From NCBI GenBank assembly GCA_012295275.1, contig CM022673.1:23436001-23500000 (forward strand): a stretch of DNA of 64,000 nt. The letters are read 5' to 3'. The notes under the pieces are model-generated. The model saw only the letters and a program-made list of their open reading frames with translations, was not told where the DNA came from and did no database searches. A program made the translations under genes and the position numbers. The stretch is from Chrysomallon squamiferum (Eukaryota > Animalia > Mollusca). How positions within the stretch are numbered: the first letter of the stretch is position 1; every line of letters starts with the position of its first letter. Of this stretch, positions 1 through 27,092 are shown in pieces.

Positions 1-57
1 AGTACAAATATTAAAGGACACAAATGTATTTAAACTACATACATTTAAAACTGTTAC

Positions 58-3000
58 CTAGATTGGGGACTTCAAACTCAATGTTTTCCTGTGTTGCGTT
101 AAGATCCTCAGTATCTGAACTTTCTGTATCACTCACGTCAACTATAAGTATACATACACACCATATAAAACATTAATTTTAATATTCAAGTAAACAAGGC
201 TAATTTTATACATAATAAAATTAACAATACTAATAACATTCCAAAATATAAACAAAGACATAAATATGGAAAGACTGTGCAAAATATTATTACAGCATAA
301 GAGAATAAAATTCATACTAAAAAAAAGAAGAAAAAAAGAAGTAAATGTTGAAGAGAAAGAAAATTAAGTTAAGAAGTGAGCTAACTTGTCAATTCAAGCA
401 TTATGCAATTTTTTCATCCTGAAGTAGATGTATGCTAATTATGTTAAAAGAATTTACAAAATATATTTTTAATACCTTCATGTTCAACATTTGCATTCTG
501 ATTCATCAAGTCTTCTTTTTCTGATTTGTTGCAAGTAGAATATTCTTTTAACTTCTGTACTGATTGCTGTGCTCCTTCATTACTGCCTGAAGATTCATCC
601 TTTGTAGATACTTGATGATCAGCTAATTTTTCCTTATTTACTTGTCTGGAGTTGAAATTTCTACCCAAATTTTGTGTATGGATATGAGGACTAATTGGAG
701 TAATCTTAGGATACAGAACAGATGGATTTTTTGGTTCATCCAGACTCCCTGATTTCTCCAACAGATTATCAGAACTGGAAACAGCACGTTCCAAATCATC
801 TGCAATATTGGAAGTAACATGTTTATTATTCAATGACACTCCTGTGTCTAATACTGGAGTTTCAGCAACAACGCTACTGCTTGGAGAACATTTTATTGGT
901 GATTTCATTTTAAGTTCAGAACTAGTCTCAAATACATTAGAATGAGATTCAGTATTAGTGTTGGTGCATATTACTTCCAATTGATGATGCTGATTTTTTA
1001 CCTTTGATTTAGTTACAACATAATCACAACCAACATTTTTCTTACATGTCTCATTTGGCTTCAAAGTAGAATCTTGATTTGGTATCTGATTGTCTCTCCC
1101 AACTACAGTCTCTGGTTCACATCCGCCTTCTGTTTTGTCTGATTGTTTCAAGACAGTGTCTGTATTATATTTCTGTTTATTTACTTTAGCATTATCCATC
1201 TTTTCAGGAGTAGATTCAAGATTTGTTTGTTGTTTATCCATTTTTGTTTCGTTCACTTGTATAATCATATTTTGGTCAGACTCTTTTAAGCCCACTACAG
1301 ATTTATTTAATCTATTGATATTGTTGTTAAAGATTAATCCTCTTTCTGAATTAGTTTCCCATTCATTTCCTTCATTTTCAGAGACTGGATCTTGTCTGAC
1401 TATTAAGCAGTTATCATGGTCATCATCATTATCAAAATACTGTGATGTTTCTACGGAAGAGGAAAGAGTATCATTTTGTTTTGTCATATTATTAATTGCG
1501 TCCTGTGTACTGAACAGAATATCATGGTCCTCAGCATCTGATATTTTGTCTACCAGCTTGTTCATTTCTTTACTATAATCTTTCCAGTGTACTTGCTTTT
1601 GTCTTCTGCTTTTCTTTGACACTTCCTCTTCTTTTAGAATGGTCTTATTTTGAATGCAATTTTCTTTATTGACATTAAACTTCAATAAGGCTTCATTGTC
1701 GCTTATCTCCATCTGTTCACCAGGTAATTCTGGAGACTGTTTTGGAAACTCCTCAGATATTTTTTGAAGTTTATCACTGTTTAAATTAATTTCTATTTTG
1801 TTCTCCAAAATCTGCAAAGGAATTTTGTCTGATTTCTTGGTACTGCATTTATTTCTTTTTTTACGCCTCTTTGCTTTTGGATTCACCTTAGGAGAAGACT
1901 CACTGCTTTTAAATTCGTAAGGATCAACCGTTAATTGATTCTCAACCGATACATGATTCTGAAGTTCCTCTTCAGACATGTGTCTGCACTTAAAAATGCT
2001 CTTTCTTTTGCCAACATTTACCTCTCTGTTATTCTCATTTTCCAAATTTGTCTGAATATTGCTTTTCTGATTATTAGCATTACAATTTGAGTCAATAACA
2101 CTATCACAAATATTTTCTTCCATTTCAGGCTGTAAATGATAAAGAGGACTAATTTCTACAGTGTCACTTGCTTTTAGTCTGATTGGCAGTTTGTCAATCC
2201 ACTGCCTTATTACATTATTGTTATCAGCACCTTTACCAGTCTTCCTTTTGCTGTATGTTTTCCCTAACTGTTTAGGTTTCTGAAATTTTAACATCTCAGT
2301 TTGACTGTCTAAATTATAAAATTCACACAAGTCATTATCAGTATCAAAAAAACAGTCTTCTTTATGTTTTGGTTTGCTGATGGTTTCAGGAATATTTTCT
2401 ATTTCTCCACAATTGTCTGGTGAAGGCTGTTTACTTACAAAGCTCTGCTGACTGTGAAACAGTGGCATTTCAGTATCATCAAAAGACATTGGTGAAACAA
2501 TGTTTTGAGCAGACATTTTTTCAGGACAAGTATTTCTTGAACTGTTAACAAACATATTGTTTTTCTTCTGGCATTCAGTGTCAGCATTATTATACCCAGG
2601 TATTCTTTTGTCTACCAATGCATTTCTAGAACATTTATCCTCTTGCAGTAATTCTCTGCTCTCTGTGACATATTTGTCTTTGACAATAATAGGATTACTA
2701 CAACTTTTATCTTTCATTTCATCACTGGTTTTAGATGCAGCTGCTTCATTATTGAAATCATTACAGTCTGATCTTTTATCATTCTCATCAGTCACAACAT
2801 TGTTTGCTGCTGTGTTACCCTCACCAAAATCAATATAATCAAATAAATCAGACTCATCTCTGTCATTCTGAACTGATGATAATTCATCAACTGAAGATTT
2901 TGCAGACTGAGCAGCTGTAACCTTTCCTGAAGAGCAAGAACCAGATGATTCTAAAGTGGTTTTCTTTTTTCGCTGAGTTCTATATTTCTGTAATTGTTGC

Positions 3001-6000
3001 CTAGAAACTGTTCTTGTTTTTTTATGTTTTTCAGGAGGATTGACATCACTGTCTTCAGATCTTTTCTCTTCTTTGTTATTAGTTATCGGAACATGTAGAT
3101 TAATGTTAACATCTTTTTCAGAGGTTAATTTGTCATTTTTTATTGATAATTCATCATGAATTTCCACTGATCCCACTCTTTGTTTCATGATTATAGGTTC
3201 TACCTTTTTCCTCAACAATCTGTAACTCATGATCATTTTTCATTGCAATTTTCTTGTTTCTAGTTACTGGAGTTCTAATACAAGTTTCTACTACATTTCC
3301 TTCACACTTCAATTCATTATTTGTCTGCTTGTGAACACTGACAGCATTTGTATTAGATTCGCTGAAACTGATCTCACTTCTTAATTTTACTTTGTTCCTA
3401 ATTACTTTTCTTCTGACAACAGACTGAGTTTCATTAAATTCTGATGTCTTTACTTCTTTGTTCTGACATCCTGGTTGTTCTGTATCAGAATCCAGGTCAA
3501 CATGTTGTGTGGCCTGACCACTATTGGTTCTTAAAGCTTTTCCTTTACTTAACGTATTACATTCAGTACTTTGCTCTTTTCTTGACTTTTCACATTTGGC
3601 TCTTGTGCCATTTTCTGACTTATCAGATTCAGTTGCCTGCTCTCCTGGATGCTGTTTGATATGATACTCACAGGCTGCACTGAGTATGTCACAGTTCTGA
3701 TCCAGAGTCGCATTATTTCTGTCTTGACGACATACATCAAATGTTTCCAAACATTTTCTTGATAATGCATGTCTAACATTCCTCTTTTTTTGGTTTTTCT
3801 AATAAAAGAAAAATTAGAAAAATAAATTTAAAAAGGAGATTGAATTTGAATAAACATTTTAGTAAATGTAAATATACCAATAATATATATATATGTACAT
3901 CTTATACACTATTTTGATATGGAAAATGCAGGCAACATCTTTTCATACATTGACCAAATGATTGTTGATATCTAAACATATAAAATAAGATAAATATAAA
4001 TAAAATTCAAATTTACTTTGGTTTGTAACTGACATGCAATATTTTACTATAAAAACAAATTTTCATAATATAGATGTATATGAAGATTAAGAACACCAAC
4101 TGTTATAGGCTGCTCTGGTGTACTTAGAAAGGGTCTAGTAAACCTTGGACCTCTTGGTGGGGTAACTGAAATTTAAAATAAAATAAATATAAATTAAAAC
4201 TATAAAATTCCAGTGAAACAAATAATAATTGTGATAACTAGTCATAAAAAGAAAATAAACTGATCAAGTGTTAATTTGTTACAATAATGGTCATAGAATT
4301 CTGTATTACTTTGGTTTCCAAAATTATAATCCTAATCAATCAAACTTGTAATTTATTTTTTATCAATAGAAATGATTAAAATTCTCAACGAATTTATTGG
4401 TTTACAACAAACAATAAAACTGAAATAAAGAAAATTAAAATAACCTCATAGAAAACTGCTATTAATTATCTAATATCCATCTACTATAAACTGTATTGCT
4501 TACATGTGATGCCAGTATCTTGCTGAAATGCTTCAATCAAATCTCTAATTCCATCAACAATGTGGCTCAAATCCTCCCTCTCCTGTAAACTCCTGCACGA
4601 AAAATAAAAATTAAAAAAGTATTAATAACTATGCTATAAGAAGGCTCAAAGCACACACAGACACACACACACAGAATATTATCTACTATGAGATTTATAT
4701 ATTGTATTTGTCTAAGTAATTAAATAAAAGGTATAGTCTGAATTGAACAATATTTATATTTTAATGTCACTTGATTTCTATTATATTTTTAGTTGTCAAA
4801 AGTAAAATATAAGTTCATATTAAAAAAAAAGAAATAAAAGAGTACAAATAAATCCATTAAATATTATCCAATGTAAAATTGTCTTTTCTTTATGCTATGA
4901 ATGTCTGATATGTTTATGTAATTAAAATTATATAACATTATTAATAATAATTTAAAAAACATGCCCCTCAATAGTGACGAACCTTTTGGTTACTGGTTTT
5001 TTACACAAAGGACAGGGAACACTGGACTTTGTCTGTAAAAACTCTGCTATACAAAATCTTTAAAAAAATATATAAATATATAAATATATATATATGTAAT
5101 ACAGACAAATATAAATTTACAGCTTAATTTTAATAATTTCTACTTTCTTTAATTATAAACAAATTTAAAAATTAATTTTAAATTTAGTCAATACACCACA
5201 TTATGTTTTAATTTTACTTTGTAAATGAAACATGTTTTGGTGATACAATTTAATGTTTTTGCATAGTATGATAGTAGAAGAGATGTTTTACACTGTCAAT
5301 ACACACCTGCAGAATAGATGGTCACATCTTGTTGATACAGGCTTCTTTAGTAGTTCAAGGCTGAATAAAAATATTGTAAAATAATTAATAAATTATTATA
5401 AACAATTATGTTAAGTTTATTTATATTTATACTTAGTTAATAAGTTTGTTTCATTAAACGTAAAATATTGCTATAAGCCAATAAGTGATATAAATTAAGA
5501 TGATGTACATTTGAACTGTATAAAAGAAAAATAGAAATATTTTCAGCTGACAGGAACTTATTCCCAAGTTGTGTGCCACTTTACAAAATGTTTTCAAACA
5601 CCCACCATACCATTATGAATAATCGTATTAAATTAATAATTATAATGCCATATATATGAAGTTTGAGGCTCACTATTCACTTTTGTGGAGATGTTGATTT
5701 CTTGACTACCAGGCAGACTGAACTTGAAAATGGCACAACTTACCCCCGCCACCCCAGAACACAGCTGAAGTAACAGTACTAATCGCCTACTTGAAGTACT
5801 TCATCTGACACAATCAATTGAATCATGACAACGACAATTACTAAGCTAGCTCATCAAAGAAAAACACACACGCAACATTCATTTGTAAATTATAACTTGC
5901 AATATATATTAATTTATTTTATTAATTAATAAATTATTATTATCTTTTTCAAGTTTTTGATTCTTAATTTTAGTTTTAATAAATTAATTGTTTGAGTAAA

Positions 6001-6090
6001 TTGAGCTAACAGAACATAAACAAACCAGATAGAACATTCAAGGTTCTTCTGCATTAAACCAAGAACTTCTTGAACACGTCTTGTCGTCAT
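58..6090 (-). CDS. BRCA1: BRCA1 orthologue, 5' portion. Exons 6090-6026, 5360-5307, 5057-4983, 4592-4504, 4165-4101, 3798-476 (large exon, frameshift near 3205) and 141-58. The gene continues beyond the window start; BRCT domains are not in the window.
   Basis: The spliced N-terminus reads MTTRRVQEVLGLMQKNLECSICLELLKKPVSTRCDHLFCRFCIAEFLQTKSSVPCPLCKKPVTKRSLQEREDLSHIVDGIRDLIEAFQQDTG. This is a C3HC4 RING with flanking helices closely resembling human BRCA1 ([30 protein letters not shown]...CPLCK...KRSLQE...AFQLDTG). All junctions are GT-AG with compatible phases. A ~3.3-kb low-complexity S/N/E/K-rich exon follows, like vertebrate exon 11. Confidence 0.92.
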
Positions 6091-6099
6091 ATTTCCTTC

Positions 6100-6195
6100 A
6101 ACATTTTCAAAAATATCTCGTTCCCACCATTTGCAGCTGTCGTGACTGCAAATTATAAATCCCGCCTTTCTTTCCACCTTATCCTTCCGGATATG
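6100..6195 (-). promoter_or_regulatory. Candidate BRCA1 proximal promoter/5'UTR with E2F-like, CHR-like and ETS-like motifs
   Basis: The minus strand has CCGGAAG (~6184-6190, ETS-like), GGCGGGATTT (~6158-6167, E2F-like) and TTTGAA (~6105-6110, CHR-like) within ~100 bp upstream of the ATG. These are motif matches only. Confidence 0.3.
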
Positions 6196-6598
6196 AATGA
6201 GCAGTTATCAACAAAAAATGCAGAGTTATTTCCCTTGCTTTTCAGGGACTCAAATTGTTTAGAGTTATTGTTGTTGATGTTATTGCTGCTGTTGTTCGTG
6301 TTATTATTATTATTATTATATGGATTTTAATTGACTCTAAAATTATCAAATTTGTATTAATTAAATGGTTGGTGTTTATTGGTATGTTATATACACATAC
6401 TTCTAATATGCAAGGATCATAATAAACCTAAATATTTCTTTAAGGCATTTACATTCAGAGATGCTGGGAATGTTTCTTTAAAATATTTTATATTTTAATT
6501 AAAATTAGCATTGGCATCGCATTATGCAAATCACATATATGTGCCTATCCATTAATATTAATATTTATCGTTTATGATAATTTCATTAAGACTAGACA

Positions 6599-6633
<35 letters not shown>

Positions 6634-7565
6634 AAATGAAAAGAAATAATAATAATAATAAAAAAAATAATGCTAAAATATATGTACTTGATAGCTATAA
6701 TATGAATATTTTGGGGGTTTTCGTCACACATACACAACAAAAACAATGAAAAAAAAAAAAAAAAAAAAAAAAAAGACAAAAATTATTAAACGAATATGAA
6801 ATAGAAACAAATTAAAACCACATAATGGAATGCAATATAAGCCGACAGCAAATATATACATTTTAAATATGAAAACCTGAGAAAACAAAGGCAACCAAAA
6901 AAGAAAAAGAAAACAGAAATAAAAATGCAGAAACGAAGAAATAGCTGACAGTTGCTGCTATAGAAGAGAAAATAGTTATAAAGATGTTTGAAAGCTGGCA
7001 ATGTACATAATGACACAGCAAAACATGTAAAAAAACCAACTTTATTTGACATGCAAATACTGCAGCTGCTATAAACCCAGTTTGTATGAATCATTTATTG
7101 ATCGTTACTAAACAGCAGATCGCAAATTCGTTTTAAAACTGGTGTATAATCTACATCATTGTGTTGTATTATTTTGTATGTATGCACGTCTGTTTGTATA
7201 TATGTGAATAATGACACAAATTTATACATATACACGTCTGTATGTATGTGTGTGTGTGTATGTGTGTGTGTGGGTGTGTGTGAGTGCGTGAGTGTTTATG
7301 TATGTCTGTATAACTTCGTATTAGAGGCTTAGCTTAGTTGCGGCAAGTATGGAACGCCCTTGTCACAGTTAGTAAATAAGTTTTTATTTTTCTTAGATAT
7401 CGGTATTTTACTATTTATACTGATTGTTTACTTGTTAGGGATGTCTTAGTGTGGAGCTTAGAGAGAGAAAAAACAGAACGATTTACCTTACAATGACTTA
7501 TTTTGTGAAGCGTCTCGATAGCATCTGAAAAATCAAGACCGCAATTTATGCAGTTTCAGATGAAA

Positions 7566-7607
<42 letters not shown>

Positions 7608-8372
7608 TATTATTATTATTATTATTGTCGGACATTTGTATAGTTGCTTATATTCCATATGTAATTCATGATCAAAACGCACAATTTAATATTTCCCTAA
7701 CTCAGACCTTTTTCTAACATAAATAAAAATAAACTAAAATGATAGAAATATGGTATAAATCGTAGAAAAACAAAAAATAAAAAAATAAAAATAAAAATCC
7801 AAAAAAACGAAGGAAACAAAATATTAAAACAAAATAAATAGCAATCGAATATTTGTATTATTTGATTTCAGTTAGCAGTAATCTCGTACTTCGCATTTTA
7901 TCCAATATCATTATGATTATCATTCCAGTTTATATATTTATTTTGTTATTGTAGTTTGCAAATGTCACTGTCATGGTGTACTAGCGGAATGCAGTTCGGC
8001 CGTTAAAGCTGGGTTACTCACCCGGATCATATTTGAACCGAATCACCATGATATAACAGTTTTCATTTCATTATTAATGCAGACGCACGACCTTCGAAGA
8101 ATAAAAAGATCAAGGTCAATGTTCAACAACCGTTACGATTTAGGAATTGTTTTCTTAGCCAAGAATGGCTCTATTAGTAATGAACCGACATCAATAATTA
8201 GTTTGCAATTGTGAAATGTTGATAAAAATAATAAATCCATTAATAGGCAACAGTTTAAACTACGTGCTTGTTTAAACGTATCGGCTGGAGAAAACGTGTT
8301 TGGCATTTTTGTTAATAGTGTATAGTGTGCGAATCTTTTACAGGGTTTCATTGACTACCACGCTGAGGTTTG

Positions 8373-8375
<3 letters not shown>

Positions 8376-8432
<57 letters not shown>
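8376..8432. repeat. (CT)n microsatellite
   Basis: Perfect dinucleotide run; one of many (CT/GA)n, (CA/TG)n and (TAA/TTA)n tracts in the window. Confidence 0.95.
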
Positions 8433-8437
<5 letters not shown>

Positions 8438-9610
8438 GAATCTTCACTTATAACAGGCTCAAAGATAGAAAGATAGAAAACGCCTACAGTGCCGCTTATA
8501 TTCACTTTTAGCATAAATATAATTATTGATAAACCAGGAAACCTTTCAGTACTGAGAGAAGTTAAGTGCACACTAAGTCAGGATGATTCAAAAAGACCGT
8601 GCTAAGTGACGTTCTTCGGTGAAAGCCATAATTTATTTATTTATTTTGTTTTATACAAAAAAGCATAAATAAATATATATATTATTTTTCAGTCGGGAAA
8701 AAAAAAGTAATATGAAAAAAGAAAGAAAGAAATAAAAAATAAAAACAACTCCAGAAATATCACTGAATATCGAAATTCAAACTATCAGTAAAACTCGCAG
8801 AACAAAAATCAATTTAATTCCTCACAAAGCATTACGAGCGCGCGCACACATACTCAAAAACTCTTTCACACAGATATATATACACACACACAAACACTCA
8901 AAATTTAATGGAAACAAAGAGCTCATAAAGTCACGAGACATAGGGCTCCAGATAGTATTAGTCTATTAGTGTAAATACCATGTTTATTCTGTCTTTATCG
9001 AACCTGCAGCTTGTAAAACAGTGTTGATTTTGACGTGAAAATTATAGATTTTCTAGGTAAGTGATCCACTATTACTATACGGCTTTATTTGTTTATTTAT
9101 TTCTTCTCAAACACAAAGTTTTAGTTCTTCATATCCAGCTTTCGTTTCAGTATATTTCTATTTTAACGATCGTCTCTATATACCTGTATCATATTCTGTC
9201 TATCTGTCTATGTTGGTAATATTATTTCATTACTATTATTATTGTTGTTGTCGTTGTTAAATATATATTTTAGCACGGTTAAATATGGTAATATATATTG
9301 CTATCAAATTAATTTATCACATTGTATCTCATCCTTATAAATATAACAACACGAAGATATTTCTTTTTTTGTTGTTGTTGTTGTTCTGGTTTAAAGGTAT
9401 TTTATTACAATATATAATATGCAAACGCGATTTGTCGTATATATCATATAGGCCAGAATTAATTTAGCATTACCTTCTTCAGCTGTTTATCTGAAACTGC
9501 AAAACCCTTCTCGATGTGGAGATTTAAGGGAGTATTTAAATGTTTTATTTAGAGATAGAATTTGCCGTGAATTTACGAGTATCAAATTCATAAACTATTT
9601 TGTTACGTTT

Positions 9611-9734
<124 letters not shown>

Positions 9735-11473
9735 CTTTCTAATCTATCTTTTTTCTTTCTGTCTCTAGCTGTATGTTCATTCTGTTTAGTGTGTTTGTGC
9801 ATGCATGTGAGTTTATTTGTTAAACAATCAGCATTACATATTACTATATCAACCAGTTTATCTGCCTACAGCAGGTGCACGCAGAAATGTTCAGAACTGA
9901 TGGACGCATAACCTACAAAAAAGATTTATTGTCAAAAATGTTTTTGCAAGTCATTCTTATACGTTGTTTTTTTAAACACTCGCGCGCACAGCAAATATAA
10001 CAAATAAACATAAATCTGCAGATGATGCAATCCTCACAAATATATTACAGAATTAATTGATTTTTGTCTGCAGTGACTAGCGATAATAACAATGTCATTT
10101 ATTGATCGTCGTCTTAGTTGGTTTTGAAACGTTTTTGCAAGTCATTCTGATCATAGATGTTTCTTTGTTTCTTTTTGCCCTGACTCTCTCCAATCCCATT
10201 CAGAGAATGTCGGCTGGTTAAGACAGGCCTACATATCGGATGTCTATTAATCGATTAATTTGTACATTCGTCCGTTCTTTCGTTAGTCGTTCATTCATTT
10301 ACTCGTATTTTATCCATACGCCAACTACCATTCTATTCTTCATTATCTCCCTTATACTATTTCTTTTTCTACGATTAATAATTATCATAAAAGATTGTAT
10401 GCATATAAAATACACACACACATACACACGTACACACACACATGCACATACATACATACACGCACATGCGCATATAAAATGCTTCAGTATGTACGATACA
10501 TACAAAATATGTTACGGTGTGACAAAGGACACACATACGCACCCACAAACATGAAAACAACTTTATTTTAACACAGATGTAAGCAGAAACAATTTACACA
10601 CGACATAAAAATGTGTATAAATGAATCATAATGGACAAAACACAGTGTAGTCTTGAAATAACTAGGTTATAACAGTACACATAAGCCCGCACATATCAGA
10701 CAGACATACAGACAGCCAGACAAACACTTTTACTGTCAGGCAAAATAAGATATTTATAAAAAGAAAGAAGACTGTTTATGCGATCTAAATAAATAACGTT
10801 AGTTCTATCTATATTGCTTATTACAAACAAAAACATAGTTGCCACGAAACAGAGCAGAACGCCCTATTTCCTTTCTTTGAAAAAACTGAGCTGTTACTCA
10901 GGGCTGTTACAGTTTACGATAAAAACTATTGCAAGTCATAGTGCTTGTATTTCAGACTATGAAAAGTTACTGCAAGTCATTCTTCTTGTATTCGGTCTAC
11001 ATATAAGAGTTTAGTTTTTCACGCTGATCTTCTTGAGGTGGCATTAGTTATTGGTATGTACTTATATATTATACTATTCTGTGCTATGGTATGCTTATTA
11101 TTATTATTATTATTATTATTATGAAGAATATCGTCATCATCATCATTATTATTATTACTGTTACTACTGCTGTTATTTCATCTGTTACTAGTAACAAAAC
11201 CATTACAAATGTATAACTTATTTTTACTGCTACAATTATTACTATAAATAGAAAAATATAAAAAAACAAGTTAGATTACTTTCAGCGATTAATATTAACA
11301 TAAACATCATGAGGTAACAACTTAAAACTCATTATAAATACGGACACGTTGGATTTAAGTTATAACAGCATGGCTGTGTTTTCTTGAAATTATATTTTTT
11401 CTTTATTTTTTTTCAGACAAAGATTAATGGTATGAGACATTAAATAAATTAAGCATTAGTCTGGAAAATAAAA

Positions 11474-26382
<14,909 letters not shown>

Positions 26383-27061
26383 AAATCAAAATAAACTAAC
26401 ATGAAAGTTATTTATTGAACAAAATTGAGAATGATGATTGGAATGGTAAAGACTAATGAAGAAAGAAAAATTCTGAACCAAGGCAAAGAAAGATCCTTGT
26501 TAAGTTATTACAAAATGTAACTTGATAAAGTGTTATTATGCATGAATTGTGCTCAGACTAATAACAGTGACTAGTCTTGTTTATGGAACAGCAGAATATT
26601 CCAAGGTATTGGCCGAAGAGACATCAGATAGCAGAGTAGAGACCTCATTCTGAATTGTTAACCAAGGCAGATGTTCAGTACTGGACTGCATTTAAAAAAC
26701 AAATCAAAACACTGAACAGCTAATTTAAACAATTTTGCTTTCATATTGCTTGGGAAGAATTAGATGGAAAAGTAAAGAATTAATTAAAAAATAAGATATT
26801 ATGAGCTCTGCTATGCTCAGGTATAATTATATCGAAAAAAAAACAAAGAAAAAAAAAGTGATAATCAAATATAATAAATAAATAAAAGTTAAAAAATAGA
26901 AATAATATTAACATTAAACGTATTTATAAATTAGTCTTACTGTTCAAGAGTGATCCAAGCAAGTTCTGCTCGTAATTATGAAAGTTGTATATATATATAT
27001 GCTGTATTACTGCAGATTGTGGAATCAGGCTTGTTAATTATACATGTACTAAAAACAGGGC

Positions 27062-27092
<31 letters not shown>

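Noticed and set aside
1090-2838. Plus-strand ORFs of 162 aa and 93 aa
   Set aside because: Antisense shadows of the BRCA1 exon.
3167-3203. 37-nt GT-AG mini-intron that would repair the BRCA1 frameshift
   Set aside because: It is frame-restoring on paper but far shorter than any other intron in the window and has no pyrimidine tract. Unlikely without transcript support.
444-3236. 930-aa ORF as a standalone intronless gene
   Set aside because: It is the distal part of the large BRCA1 exon. It has a donor at 476/475 and splices in phase to exon 141-58.
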